DNA of 64,000 bases from Candidatus Krumholzibacteriota bacterium. Its GTDB lineage: Bacteria > Krumholzibacteriota > Krumholzibacteriia > JAJRXK01. A program made the translations under genes and the position numbers. The notes under the pieces are model-generated. The model did not search any database and was not told the DNA's origin. It saw only the letters and a list, made by a program, of their open reading frames with translations. The stretch spans positions 32,001-96,000 of the forward strand of contig CAVSGG010000017.1 of the NCBI GenBank assembly GCA_963727455.1. The letters run 5' to 3'. Positions within the stretch are counted from its first letter, which is position 1, and each line of letters opens with the position of its first letter. Positions 10,501-18,761 of the stretch are shown here, piece by piece.

Positions 10501-11094
10501 TCATTCTCCTTGCCGTGCCAACGCGGCAGATGCGGCGGGACGGGGTGCGGAGAGTTGCTTCCGCAAGAGCTGGCGTGCCCGGACCAGGCGCGTTTCCACC
10601 GTGGTCTCGGGCAATTCGAGGCTCTCAGCGATGCTCTTCTGGCTCATGCCCTCCAGTGCACGCAGGAGCAGAGGCTCGCGGTACTTCAGAGGGAGCTCGC
10701 GCGCCGCGGAGAGCGCCCGCTGCGCCGCGAGACCGGCCTCGAGGGCCTCAAAACTGCGCTCCGCCGCGGTATCTGCGACGCCCTCGTGGTGGCTTTGCAG
10801 GCGGCTGAGGATCCGGCGTCTCAAGCCCGCTTTTCGTCCCGCCGAACGGGCAGTATTGAGCGCCACGTGCCGCAACCACGGCCGCAGCTTCGCCGGATCC
10901 TCCAGACTCTGAATTCCCGCCACCACCTTCAAGGCAACCTCCTGCAACAAATCTTCGAGTTCGCCCTCACGGGGCATGTGCGCCAAGAGAACCACCGCGA
11001 GCCAGCGTCGGTTCTCTCTCCACAGCCGATCCAGGGCCGCGGTATCTCCAGCGTGGGCTTGCTGGAGGGACAGGACTTCGGGGCTTGTGTCCAT
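10501..11094 (-). CDS. ECF RNA polymerase sigma-70 factor
   Basis: Sigma2 EDLLQEV...PWLRHVALN; sigma4 LPLKYREPLLLR...EGMS...TVETRLVRARQLL. Confidence 0.92.
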   Translation of the reverse strand: MDTSPEVLSLQQAHAGDTAALDRLWRENRRWLAVVLLAHMPREGELEDLLQEVALKVVAGIQSLEDPAKLRPWLRHVALNTARSAGRKAGLRRRILSRLQSHHEGVADTAAERSFEALEAGLAAQRALSAARELPLKYREPLLLRALEGMSQKSIAESLELPETTVETRLVRARQLLRKQLSAPRPAASAALARQGE

Positions 11095-11294
11095 CTACTC
11101 CACTAGGACGCACCAGAGAAAAGGTTCCGTCCAAAAAATTTCGGAAGACTCCTCGCTGGGGCGCTCGGTCGGGTGAGACGCTTCCTTGTCCGGGCGCAAC
11201 CCAGTTCCTACCGTGGGGCGAATTCCGCGAACCAGATCCTGGCCTCCGCAGGCCTGCGGAAGGCTCCAGTTCCTCAACCCGTCAAGAGTGAGCC

Positions 11295-12434
11295 ATGGAC
11301 TACGATTTCAATGAACGCGAGCTGATGATCCGCGACCTGACCCGTAAGATCGCCAAGGAGAAGGTTTTACCCGTCCGGGCCGAGTTGGACGAGAAGAGCG
11401 AGTTCCCGTATGAGGCCATGGCCGCCATGGCCCAGGCCGACCTCTTCCGGGTGTTCATCCCCGAGGAATACGAGGGAATCGGCGGGGGCTGCATGGAAAT
11501 CTGCATCGTGGCCGAGGAATTGAGCCGGGTCTGCGCCGGCGTGGCCACCACCTACTCGGCGAATGCCCTGGCTGCCCAGCCCATCGTCATCGCGGGCAAC
11601 GAGGAGCAGAAGCGCAAGTACCTCTCGCGCATCGCCAGCGGCAAGAGCTTTGCCGCCTTTGCGCTTACCGAGCCGGGAGCGGGAAGCGACGCCGGAGGAA
11701 TCCAGACCACGGCCAAGGAGACCGAAACCGGTTTCGTGCTCAACGGCACCAAGCAGTTCATCACCAACGGTGAGGTCGCCGAGATCTACACCGTACTCGC
11801 CAGCACCGATCCCTCCCGCGGCGCGCGCGGTCTCAGCGCTTTCATCGTCGAAAAGGGCACCCCCGGATTTTCCTTCGGCAAGGAGGAGAACAAGATGGGG
11901 ATTCGCGCCTCCAAGACCACCGAGCTCATCTTCCAGGACTGCGAGATTCCCAAGGAGAACCTCTTGGGCCGCAAAGGCGCCGGCTTTTTGACCGCGATGA
12001 AGACCTTCGACCATACCCGCCCCGGGGTGGGAGCGCAGGCGGTGGGGATCGCGCAGGGCGCGCTGGACGAGGCCATCCACTATGCCAAGGAACGCGAGCA
12101 GTTCGGCAAGCCCATCACCACCTTTCAGGGCATCCAGTTCATGATCGCGGACATGGCGACGCAGATCGAAGCGGCTCGCGCCCTGGTCTACTCCACGGCG
12201 CGGATGATCGATCGCGGCGTCAAGAACACCGCGCGCGAATCCGCCATGGCCAAGATGTTTGCCAGCGACATGGCCATGCGCGTGACGACCGATGCGGTGC
12301 AGGTTGTCGGGGGTTACGGCTACATGCGCGACTATCCCATGGAGAAGTTCATGCGCGACGCCAAGATTACCCAGATCTACGAGGGCACGAACCAGATCCA
12401 GCGCCTGGTGGTGGCAAACGCGGTACTGAAGTAG
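11295..12434 (+). CDS. Acyl-CoA dehydrogenase (butyryl-CoA dehydrogenase-like)
   Basis: FALTEPGAGSD, NGTKQFITNG, GGYGYMRDYP, QIYEGTNQIQR. Confidence 0.96.
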   Translation: MDYDFNERELMIRDLTRKIAKEKVLPVRAELDEKSEFPYEAMAAMAQADLFRVFIPEEYEGIGGGCMEICIVAEELSRVCAGVATTYSANALAAQPIVIAGNEEQKRKYLSRIASGKSFAAFALTEPGAGSDAGGIQTTAKETETGFVLNGTKQFITNGEVAEIYTVLASTDPSRGARGLSAFIVEKGTPGFSFGKEENKMGIRASKTTELIFQDCEIPKENLLGRKGAGFLTAMKTFDHTRPGVGAQAVGIAQGALDEAIHYAKEREQFGKPITTFQGIQFMIADMATQIEAARALVYSTARMIDRGVKNTARESAMAKMFASDMAMRVTTDAVQVVGGYGYMRDYPMEKFMRDAKITQIYEGTNQIQRLVVANAVLK

Positions 12435-12456
12435 CGCGCGGTACTTTCCGTGGTGC

Positions 12457-13545
12457 TCAGCCCAGCCAGCCCTTCCTCTTGAAGTACAGAAGGAGGACGA
12501 TGGCAACCGCGATCATCAGGCCCCAGGCAAAGGGGTAGCCGAAGTACCAGTTCAGCTCCGGCATGTTCCAGGGGGATTTCTCAGGGTTGAAGTTCATGCC
12601 ATACAGCCCCGCGATGAAGGAGAGCGGGATGAACAGGGTCGCAATGATGGTCAGCACCTTCATGATCTCGTTCATGCGATTGCTCACGATGCTGAGGTAG
12701 AGGTCCATCAATCCGGAGCTGACGTCGCGATACGATTCGACGATGTCCATCAGCCGCAGGGCGTGGTCGTGACAGTCCCTCAGATAGACCTGCGTCGTCT
12801 CATCGATGAGACCGCTCTCGTCCCGTGCCAGTGAGCTCATCAATTCGCGTAGGGGCCAGATGTAGCGCCTCAGAGTGGCGAGGTCACGCTTGACCTGGTG
12901 GAGACTTCTGATCGTTTCTTGGTTCTGGTGATCCAGAACATCCGCCTCCAGATCTTCCAACTGATCTCCGTAGTACTCCAACAAGGGAAAGTACGCGTCG
13001 ACGATGGCGTCGAGAATGGCGTAGGCCAGATAGCCTGCCGATCCTTCGCGAATCCTGGGGCGGCCTTCGCGAAGACGCGCGCGGACCGGTTCGAGGCAGT
13101 CGCCGATCTGCTCCTGGAAAGTGAGCACGATTCCCGGACCCAAAAGCAGACTGAACTGCTCGGTCTCGAGCGTGTCGCTCGACCTCGGCATACGAAGCAC
13201 CACAAAGCGAAGATCCCCGTACTCATCCACCTTGGGCCTCTGGTTGACGTGCACGATGTCTTCGACCGCCAAAAGGTGCAGGCCGAAGGCCTTGGCCACC
13301 TCTTGAATGACATTTTCATTGCCCAGGCCGTCCACGTTGACCCAGGTCACCGCGCGTTCGCGGACTCGCGAGCGTAATGACGACAGATTGGTGATGTCCT
13401 CCTCGACGAGTTCCTGCTCGTTGTAGGAGGTGAGATGCACCTTGCTGGGCGCGGCTTCGGGATCTGAAAAAATCGTGCCGGGAGAGGCCCCGACGGGGGC
13501 ACGCCGCTTGGCGGGGTTCTTACGCTTCTTGGAGTGCTTCCTCAT
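12457..13545 (-). CDS. corA: Magnesium/cobalt transporter CorA
   Basis: YGMNF motif, MPEL, two C-terminal TMs, QRPKVDEY. Confidence 0.95.
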   Translation of the reverse strand: MRKHSKKRKNPAKRRAPVGASPGTIFSDPEAAPSKVHLTSYNEQELVEEDITNLSSLRSRVRERAVTWVNVDGLGNENVIQEVAKAFGLHLLAVEDIVHVNQRPKVDEYGDLRFVVLRMPRSSDTLETEQFSLLLGPGIVLTFQEQIGDCLEPVRARLREGRPRIREGSAGYLAYAILDAIVDAYFPLLEYYGDQLEDLEADVLDHQNQETIRSLHQVKRDLATLRRYIWPLRELMSSLARDESGLIDETTQVYLRDCHDHALRLMDIVESYRDVSSGLMDLYLSIVSNRMNEIMKVLTIIATLFIPLSFIAGLYGMNFNPEKSPWNMPELNWYFGYPFAWGLMIAVAIVLLLYFKRKGWLG

Positions 13546-13974
13546 TGCGGGCTCCTCACGGGGATGGATCGTAAACGCGCGCAATCACGGTGTTGGGCAC
13601 GGATGGGGAGCGGAGGCGATCATATCAGAATCAATCCGTTAGGAAAGGCCGAGCTATTTTTCACAAAGTAGGGGGGATTCCGTGTGGGTTCTCGTCCTCA
13701 ATAGAGAGTCCGCTACTCAGTCGGTGCTGGTCCCGACCAGCCGAAAGAGTTGGGCTCCTGGGGTTGGGGCTGACCGCGCGAGGAAAGGGAGCCTCCTCGT
13801 CGGGAATGCCCCTCCCCACTCGTGCTTCCCGCGGAACGACAAACTCCCGTACTGGCAGGGTCACTGGACAGTGTGCCACGAGACACGATATTATCTATAA
13901 GTCCGCAATATTTTCATAGTGATTCACTGATTGAAAGTGATCTCGCTTTGAGGAGACTCTCCATACTTGGCTCA

Positions 13975-15294
13975 TTGCCTTCCCGGCAGATTCGGCGCCG
14001 CGCCGGACTGCTCGTTCTCTCTACTTGTCTGTTCTGCGCCTTCACGAGCACATCCCGTGCTGAAGTCTCACCGGATATGGCCGAGCATATGATCATCTGT
14101 CCGGCCGAGTTTGCACCCCAATTCGAGGTCCTTGCGACTCACCGTACTGTCGTCGCAGATTTGCCGAGCTGTGTGGTGACTCTCGAGGATGTCCTGAGCA
14201 GCGCGCCCCAAGGGCGCGACGATGCGGAGACTCTGCGCAACTACCTCATTCAACAGCACGATCTGGGTCATCTCCAGTACGTTCTCTTGGGAGGGGACAG
14301 CAGCGTCATGCCGGTGCGGTTTGCGAGGAGCACGTTCTATCCGCAAGGAGGATTCTCGGACATTCCATCCGATCTTTATTTCGCCTGTTTGAACGGAGAC
14401 TGGGATGCCGATGGAGACTCCATCTTCGGTGAGGCCTATCTTGCATACGATGATCCGGGTGATGATGTGGATCTCGATCCCGAGCTTGCAGTGGGACGCG
14501 CGCCCGTGAATACGGTTGTCCAGGCAGAGCGGTTTGTACAGGGCATCCTCGCGTACGATACACTGAATCCAGCTCCACATCTCGCGTCCGCCACGATGCT
14601 CGCGGAGGTACTCTTCCCCAGCGATTGGGACGGCACAGCAGCAATTAATCTCGACGGTGCATCCTATGGCGAGCACTTTGCGGCCGCGCTGGGTACGCAT
14701 CCCTTCCCTCCGATGGTTGCTCGGGTCTACGAGAACTGGTTGGCCTATCCCGGCTCCACGAGACTAACCGTGAGTTCGGCCCTCGACGTTCTCAGTTCGG
14801 GCAACCAGGGTCTTCTGTGCTTCATTGGCCACGGAACTGCCGACGACTTCTCTGTAGGCGACGGCAGTATCACTCTCGCTCAACTCGACGCTCTGGCCAA
14901 CGCGCCGGACTACTTCCTCACCCTCGCCTTTTCGAGTAGCGCGGCGGCATTCACCCGGGATTGCGTGCTGGGGCATCTGGTAACCGCTCCTGCGGGAGGA
15001 AGCGCCGGCGCACTGGGATTCACGAGCGAGGTATTTCCCAGCACTGGCGATGACTACTTCGATGAATTTCTTGAAAACCTCAGCGCAAGTTCTGGCGTGC
15101 TCTTGGGAGATGCCATGAAGGCCGTCCTCAAGAGCTATGTGCCAGGCTTCCCCTCAGAGACTCTCCAGCGTTGGGCGAGCTTTGGTTGGTGCCTCCTGGG
15201 AGACCCCGCGACCCCGTTCCGCACCGAGTTGAACCCCATATCGACTCAGAATTCGAGCCTGGGTGGCTTGAAAGCGCGGTTCGGGCGACACTAG
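13975..15294 (+). CDS. Secreted C25 (gingipain) family peptidase homolog; catalytic Cys apparently replaced; ends in SLGGLKARF tail
   Basis: YVLLGGD, PSDLYF, VGRAPV, FIGHG, LLGDP motifs; signal peptide if started at TTG 13975 (start uncertain, ORF open from 13822). Confidence 0.85.
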   Translation: MPSRQIRRRAGLLVLSTCLFCAFTSTSRAEVSPDMAEHMIICPAEFAPQFEVLATHRTVVADLPSCVVTLEDVLSSAPQGRDDAETLRNYLIQQHDLGHLQYVLLGGDSSVMPVRFARSTFYPQGGFSDIPSDLYFACLNGDWDADGDSIFGEAYLAYDDPGDDVDLDPELAVGRAPVNTVVQAERFVQGILAYDTLNPAPHLASATMLAEVLFPSDWDGTAAINLDGASYGEHFAAALGTHPFPPMVARVYENWLAYPGSTRLTVSSALDVLSSGNQGLLCFIGHGTADDFSVGDGSITLAQLDALANAPDYFLTLAFSSSAAAFTRDCVLGHLVTAPAGGSAGALGFTSEVFPSTGDDYFDEFLENLSASSGVLLGDAMKAVLKSYVPGFPSETLQRWASFGWCLLGDPATPFRTELNPISTQNSSLGGLKARFGRH

Positions 15295-15394
15295 GGCTGA
15301 GCAAATCCCCTTGGAGGCGCGAGGGTTGCCCCTTTTGCTCGATTTGCGGTAGACTTGGCAGGGCTCCTTCCACTCGCCAGATAGGAGGCGCGCC

Positions 15395-16954
15395 GTGTTC
15401 CCCCGACGCCGTATTGGGTGCATCCTTCTTCTATTCACGTTGATCGCGGCACTTAACTTCTCTGCTCACGCCGCGACGCTTCTTGTTCCTGAAGATTTCA
15501 CATTCGAAACTGCTCTGAACAGCACCACTCCCGGAGATACCATTTCCGTCGCGGGGGGCACTCTCGAACACGGTTACGGGAAACTCCCACCAGGCATCGT
15601 TCTTCTCTCGCGCGAATCGCAGGGAAACACCCTGGTACAGTTGCTTGCCTGGGATCTATCCGAACCCTCTGTAGTGAAGGGCTTTCGCTTCGGATCGTCT
15701 GATTACTGGTATTACGACTGGAATCATATATCGCCGAGCTGGCTTGGCGTCATCGTTGACAATTCTCAAGTTTCGTTCGTCGACTGTCGTTTCATCGAGT
15801 TGGGATCGGGGTCCGGTTTCTTTCCCGATGAGGAATATCCGGGAGCTCAATACCAGCGTTACCCGCTCAATTTCGTGAATAAATCCGTGGTGAGTTTGAA
15901 TTCGTGCGTTCTCGCAGGCAACTTCATGGACGTGGACAGTATTCCCACCATGCCGCGCGGGATCAACTGTCACGACTCTTCGCTGGAAATCCGGAAATGC
16001 ATCATTGAGCAACAAGCTTTCGCCATTCGCGCAGACGGTCCTTTGACCATCACCGATAGTACTTTCCGCAATTCTCACGGTTACGTTCTGCAGTCCTTTG
16101 GCTCCCTTTGGATGTTGGGAAACCTGATTGTGGATTGTGGTCCCGAGTACTGGGTTGATCGCTACTTGTCGACGACGAAAGTGGCCTATTGCCGCACATT
16201 CGAAGGGATTCATCTGGCAGGATCGGTCCATCTTTACCGCAATACTTTTGTCGATAATCCAGTCTTGATAACCTCCGATTACAACATCTATTGCGAAGCA
16301 CCTGAACCAGACGCGCGGATGGCATTGGTCACGATCGAGTCGGGCGCCCAGGGTTGGATCGAGCGCAACCTCTTCATTGGATTGACGGGTCCCGCGGTCC
16401 AAGCTCCGGCCTCGATCGAGGTCTCGTGCAACGATGCTTGGGACGGCCTGGGGCAGTACTGGAGGGGCGGGATCGGCGACGTGACCGGAACAAACGGCAA
16501 CATTTCCGAGGCGCCCATGTTCTGCGGACGCAGCGAGGGGGATTATACCCTCAGCATTTATTCCCCGGCGGCCACCGCCGAATGTGGATCGATGGGGGCG
16601 TTTCCCACCGCCTGCGACACGAAGCTGGAGATTCCCGACGATGGCGGGCCCGGGCCCCAGGGGCAACCGGCGAAGCTGCAGACGCGCCTGCTCGGGGCCG
16701 CACCCAATCCCTTCAACCCGCGTACCGAGATCCGCTTCGAGCTGGAGCACGTGGGAGACGTACGGCTCGAGATCTTCGACGTCGCGGGCCGGCTGGTGCG
16801 CAGCTGGAGTCTGCCGCAGCTCGCCGCTGGACCGCATTCGATCCCCTGGGACGGCCACGATGCCCACGGCAATGCGGTCTCCAGCGGGGTGTACTATCTC
16901 CGATTGCAGTATGCGGGGAAAGTGCTCAGCGACCGCATGGCGCTGTTGCGCTGA
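15395..16954 (+). CDS. Secreted parallel beta-helix repeat protein with FlgD-Ig / T9SS type A-like C-terminal domain
   Basis: Signal peptide; PGDTI; beta-helix-like repeats; GNISEAPMFC...DYTL...SPA...MGA; PNPFNP...IFDVAGRLVR...WDG...SGVYY. Confidence 0.82.
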   Translation: MFPRRRIGCILLLFTLIAALNFSAHAATLLVPEDFTFETALNSTTPGDTISVAGGTLEHGYGKLPPGIVLLSRESQGNTLVQLLAWDLSEPSVVKGFRFGSSDYWYYDWNHISPSWLGVIVDNSQVSFVDCRFIELGSGSGFFPDEEYPGAQYQRYPLNFVNKSVVSLNSCVLAGNFMDVDSIPTMPRGINCHDSSLEIRKCIIEQQAFAIRADGPLTITDSTFRNSHGYVLQSFGSLWMLGNLIVDCGPEYWVDRYLSTTKVAYCRTFEGIHLAGSVHLYRNTFVDNPVLITSDYNIYCEAPEPDARMALVTIESGAQGWIERNLFIGLTGPAVQAPASIEVSCNDAWDGLGQYWRGGIGDVTGTNGNISEAPMFCGRSEGDYTLSIYSPAATAECGSMGAFPTACDTKLEIPDDGGPGPQGQPAKLQTRLLGAAPNPFNPRTEIRFELEHVGDVRLEIFDVAGRLVRSWSLPQLAAGPHSIPWDGHDAHGNAVSSGVYYLRLQYAGKVLSDRMALLR

Positions 16955-16969
16955 GGCGGGCGGGAGTTC

Positions 16970-18634
16970 TCAGTTCTGCTGGGCCTTGTGGACTGCGGTG
17001 CGTAGCAATTGCGCCCAGCTGTCGTCAGGCGCGAATTCCTCGTAGCGTTGTAGGAGTTGCTCCGCATCCTTGACTTTTCCCAGTGCCAAGCTCACCTGAA
17101 TCTGGTCATACAGCGCCCGCAGATAATTCGGGGTCGAGCTCTCGACGCGGGTCAGCAGCGCATCGGCTTGCTCGAGCAGCTTGCGGCGCTCGCTCTCCGA
17201 GACCGATTTCAGGGAACGCTGGTACTCCACGATGGCCAGACCGATGAGCGCTTCGGAATTGAGAGGGTCGTGTCGAAGTGCGGTTTGGTAGCTCTCTTCG
17301 GCCAGTATCAATTTCCCCCGGGCGAGCTTCAGATGGGCGAGAGCATTGCTTGTGCCGACCGGATCGATGCCCTTGCTCCGCTGGAGAATGAGCGTTTCCT
17401 CGGCCGCGACCATCTGGGACTCGCTGGAGGCTTCTTGGCTCCCGCGCAAGATTCCGGGATCCTCCGCGGAGAAATCCTGTGCGAGCCGGAGGGGCGCAGC
17501 GATACCGCTGGGATATCGTAGATGAAGTTCTCGGGCCGCCGGAGACTGCTTTCCTCCCAGAAGTGATCCCAAAGGAAGTCGGGAACGCACGAGGGGAGAG
17601 ACCAGCACCACGAGCGCCGCCGCGCACGCCACCAGAGTTTGGACGGCCTGGCGCCGGGGCCAGCGTGGGAAGGGGACGATTCGCGAGGAGTCTCGCTTCC
17701 TGGCTCGCTCAAGGATGGCTGCGTAGTACTCCGGAATGTCCTCCTGGCGGAGGTGCGCCCATTGCTGGGAATCCAGAGGGGCATCCAGGATGGAGACGAC
17801 TTTCGCCAGTTCACGGCGGGCCTCATCGTCGCGGCTCAGCAACTCCATGCGACGTGCAGTAGTCGTCTCGTCCAGCTCTCCCAAGACGAAGTCCAGAATC
17901 TCCTCGGAATCACGCCATCCCTCCCCTGTGGGACCATCGGGTTCGGGGTGGCCATCGTCGACCGAACGGGAACGAGCGCCGGGTCCTCCGAAATTCTGCC
18001 GGAGGATCTTGCGACCCCGCTCGATCACCTTCTCCACGCCGCCCCGGCTCAAGCCGAAGCTCTCGATCGAGGCAATGCGCGCAGCGGATAGTCCATCCAT
18101 GAGAGCCATGTTGCAGATGATGATATCGCGCTCGCAGGTGGGACGATTCTCCCAGTACTTTCGCAGAACGGGCGTGATGCGCTCTTGGATTTGTTTGATC
18201 TCGATTTCTACATCGATGGGCATGCCGCCGTCCCGCGCCTGTGCGATGAGCTGATCATGCGTCTCCTCATCCAAGGCCGCATACTTGGGGCGTCTTTGCG
18301 CGCCGTCCCGTTTCAGCTTGTCCCGAACCACGTTCGAAGCGGTCTTCCGTAAGTACATGTGAAACTCGCCTTCGCTGCGATCAGGATAACTACGGAGGTG
18401 TTTTCGGCCGTTTCCACAGAGTTTGGCCCAGCTGTCCTGACACGCATCTTCCACATCATCGTGGCTGAAGCGGCCGGGCACCTGCACCTGAAACATCCTC
18501 ACCACTGCCTGCCGAACCACTGAATCGAAGCGGCGGATCAATTCCGACCAGGCCCGATCGTCGTCGCTCGTCGCACAGAGTGCGTACACAACCGAAAACG
18601 GGGTGTCCTTTCCGCAATTCACGCTGGCTCCCAC
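16970..18634 (-). CDS. ECF sigma factor fused to an anti-sigma-like domain, TM helix and TPR domain
   Basis: Sigma2 (AWSELIRRF...VEDACQDSWAKL...YLRKTASNVVRD), sigma4 (DGLSAARIA...GVEKVIERGRKIL), EEILDFVLGELD...ARRELA, TM LVACAAALVVLV, TPR (NALAHLKLARG...YQTALRHDP...EALIGLA); start may be GTG 18622. Confidence 0.82.
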   Translation of the reverse strand: MGASVNCGKDTPFSVVYALCATSDDDRAWSELIRRFDSVVRQAVVRMFQVQVPGRFSHDDVEDACQDSWAKLCGNGRKHLRSYPDRSEGEFHMYLRKTASNVVRDKLKRDGAQRRPKYAALDEETHDQLIAQARDGGMPIDVEIEIKQIQERITPVLRKYWENRPTCERDIIICNMALMDGLSAARIASIESFGLSRGGVEKVIERGRKILRQNFGGPGARSRSVDDGHPEPDGPTGEGWRDSEEILDFVLGELDETTTARRMELLSRDDEARRELAKVVSILDAPLDSQQWAHLRQEDIPEYYAAILERARKRDSSRIVPFPRWPRRQAVQTLVACAAALVVLVSPLVRSRLPLGSLLGGKQSPAARELHLRYPSGIAAPLRLAQDFSAEDPGILRGSQEASSESQMVAAEETLILQRSKGIDPVGTSNALAHLKLARGKLILAEESYQTALRHDPLNSEALIGLAIVEYQRSLKSVSESERRKLLEQADALLTRVESSTPNYLRALYDQIQVSLALGKVKDAEQLLQRYEEFAPDDSWAQLLRTAVHKAQQN

Positions 18635-18761
18635 CAGAAAGACGAATTTCTTCGATTCCGGACGAAACCAGTGTGCTGGCTGCCTTCGGGGGCGTCAAGC
18701 CGCGCCCCCATCATTGCCTCTACACTCAAGACGAAAAAGCGTGGATACTTCCTAGTGGGAT

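Noticed and set aside
11100-11130. Autoregulatory ECF promoter GGAAC...GTC on the minus strand
   Set aside because: The spacer is 14 nt, shorter than the usual 16-17, and very close to the start codon.
13546-13975. tRNA or att site at the edge of the accessory block
   Set aside because: No cloverleaf or T-loop motif, and no matching direct repeat seen near 24.0 kb.
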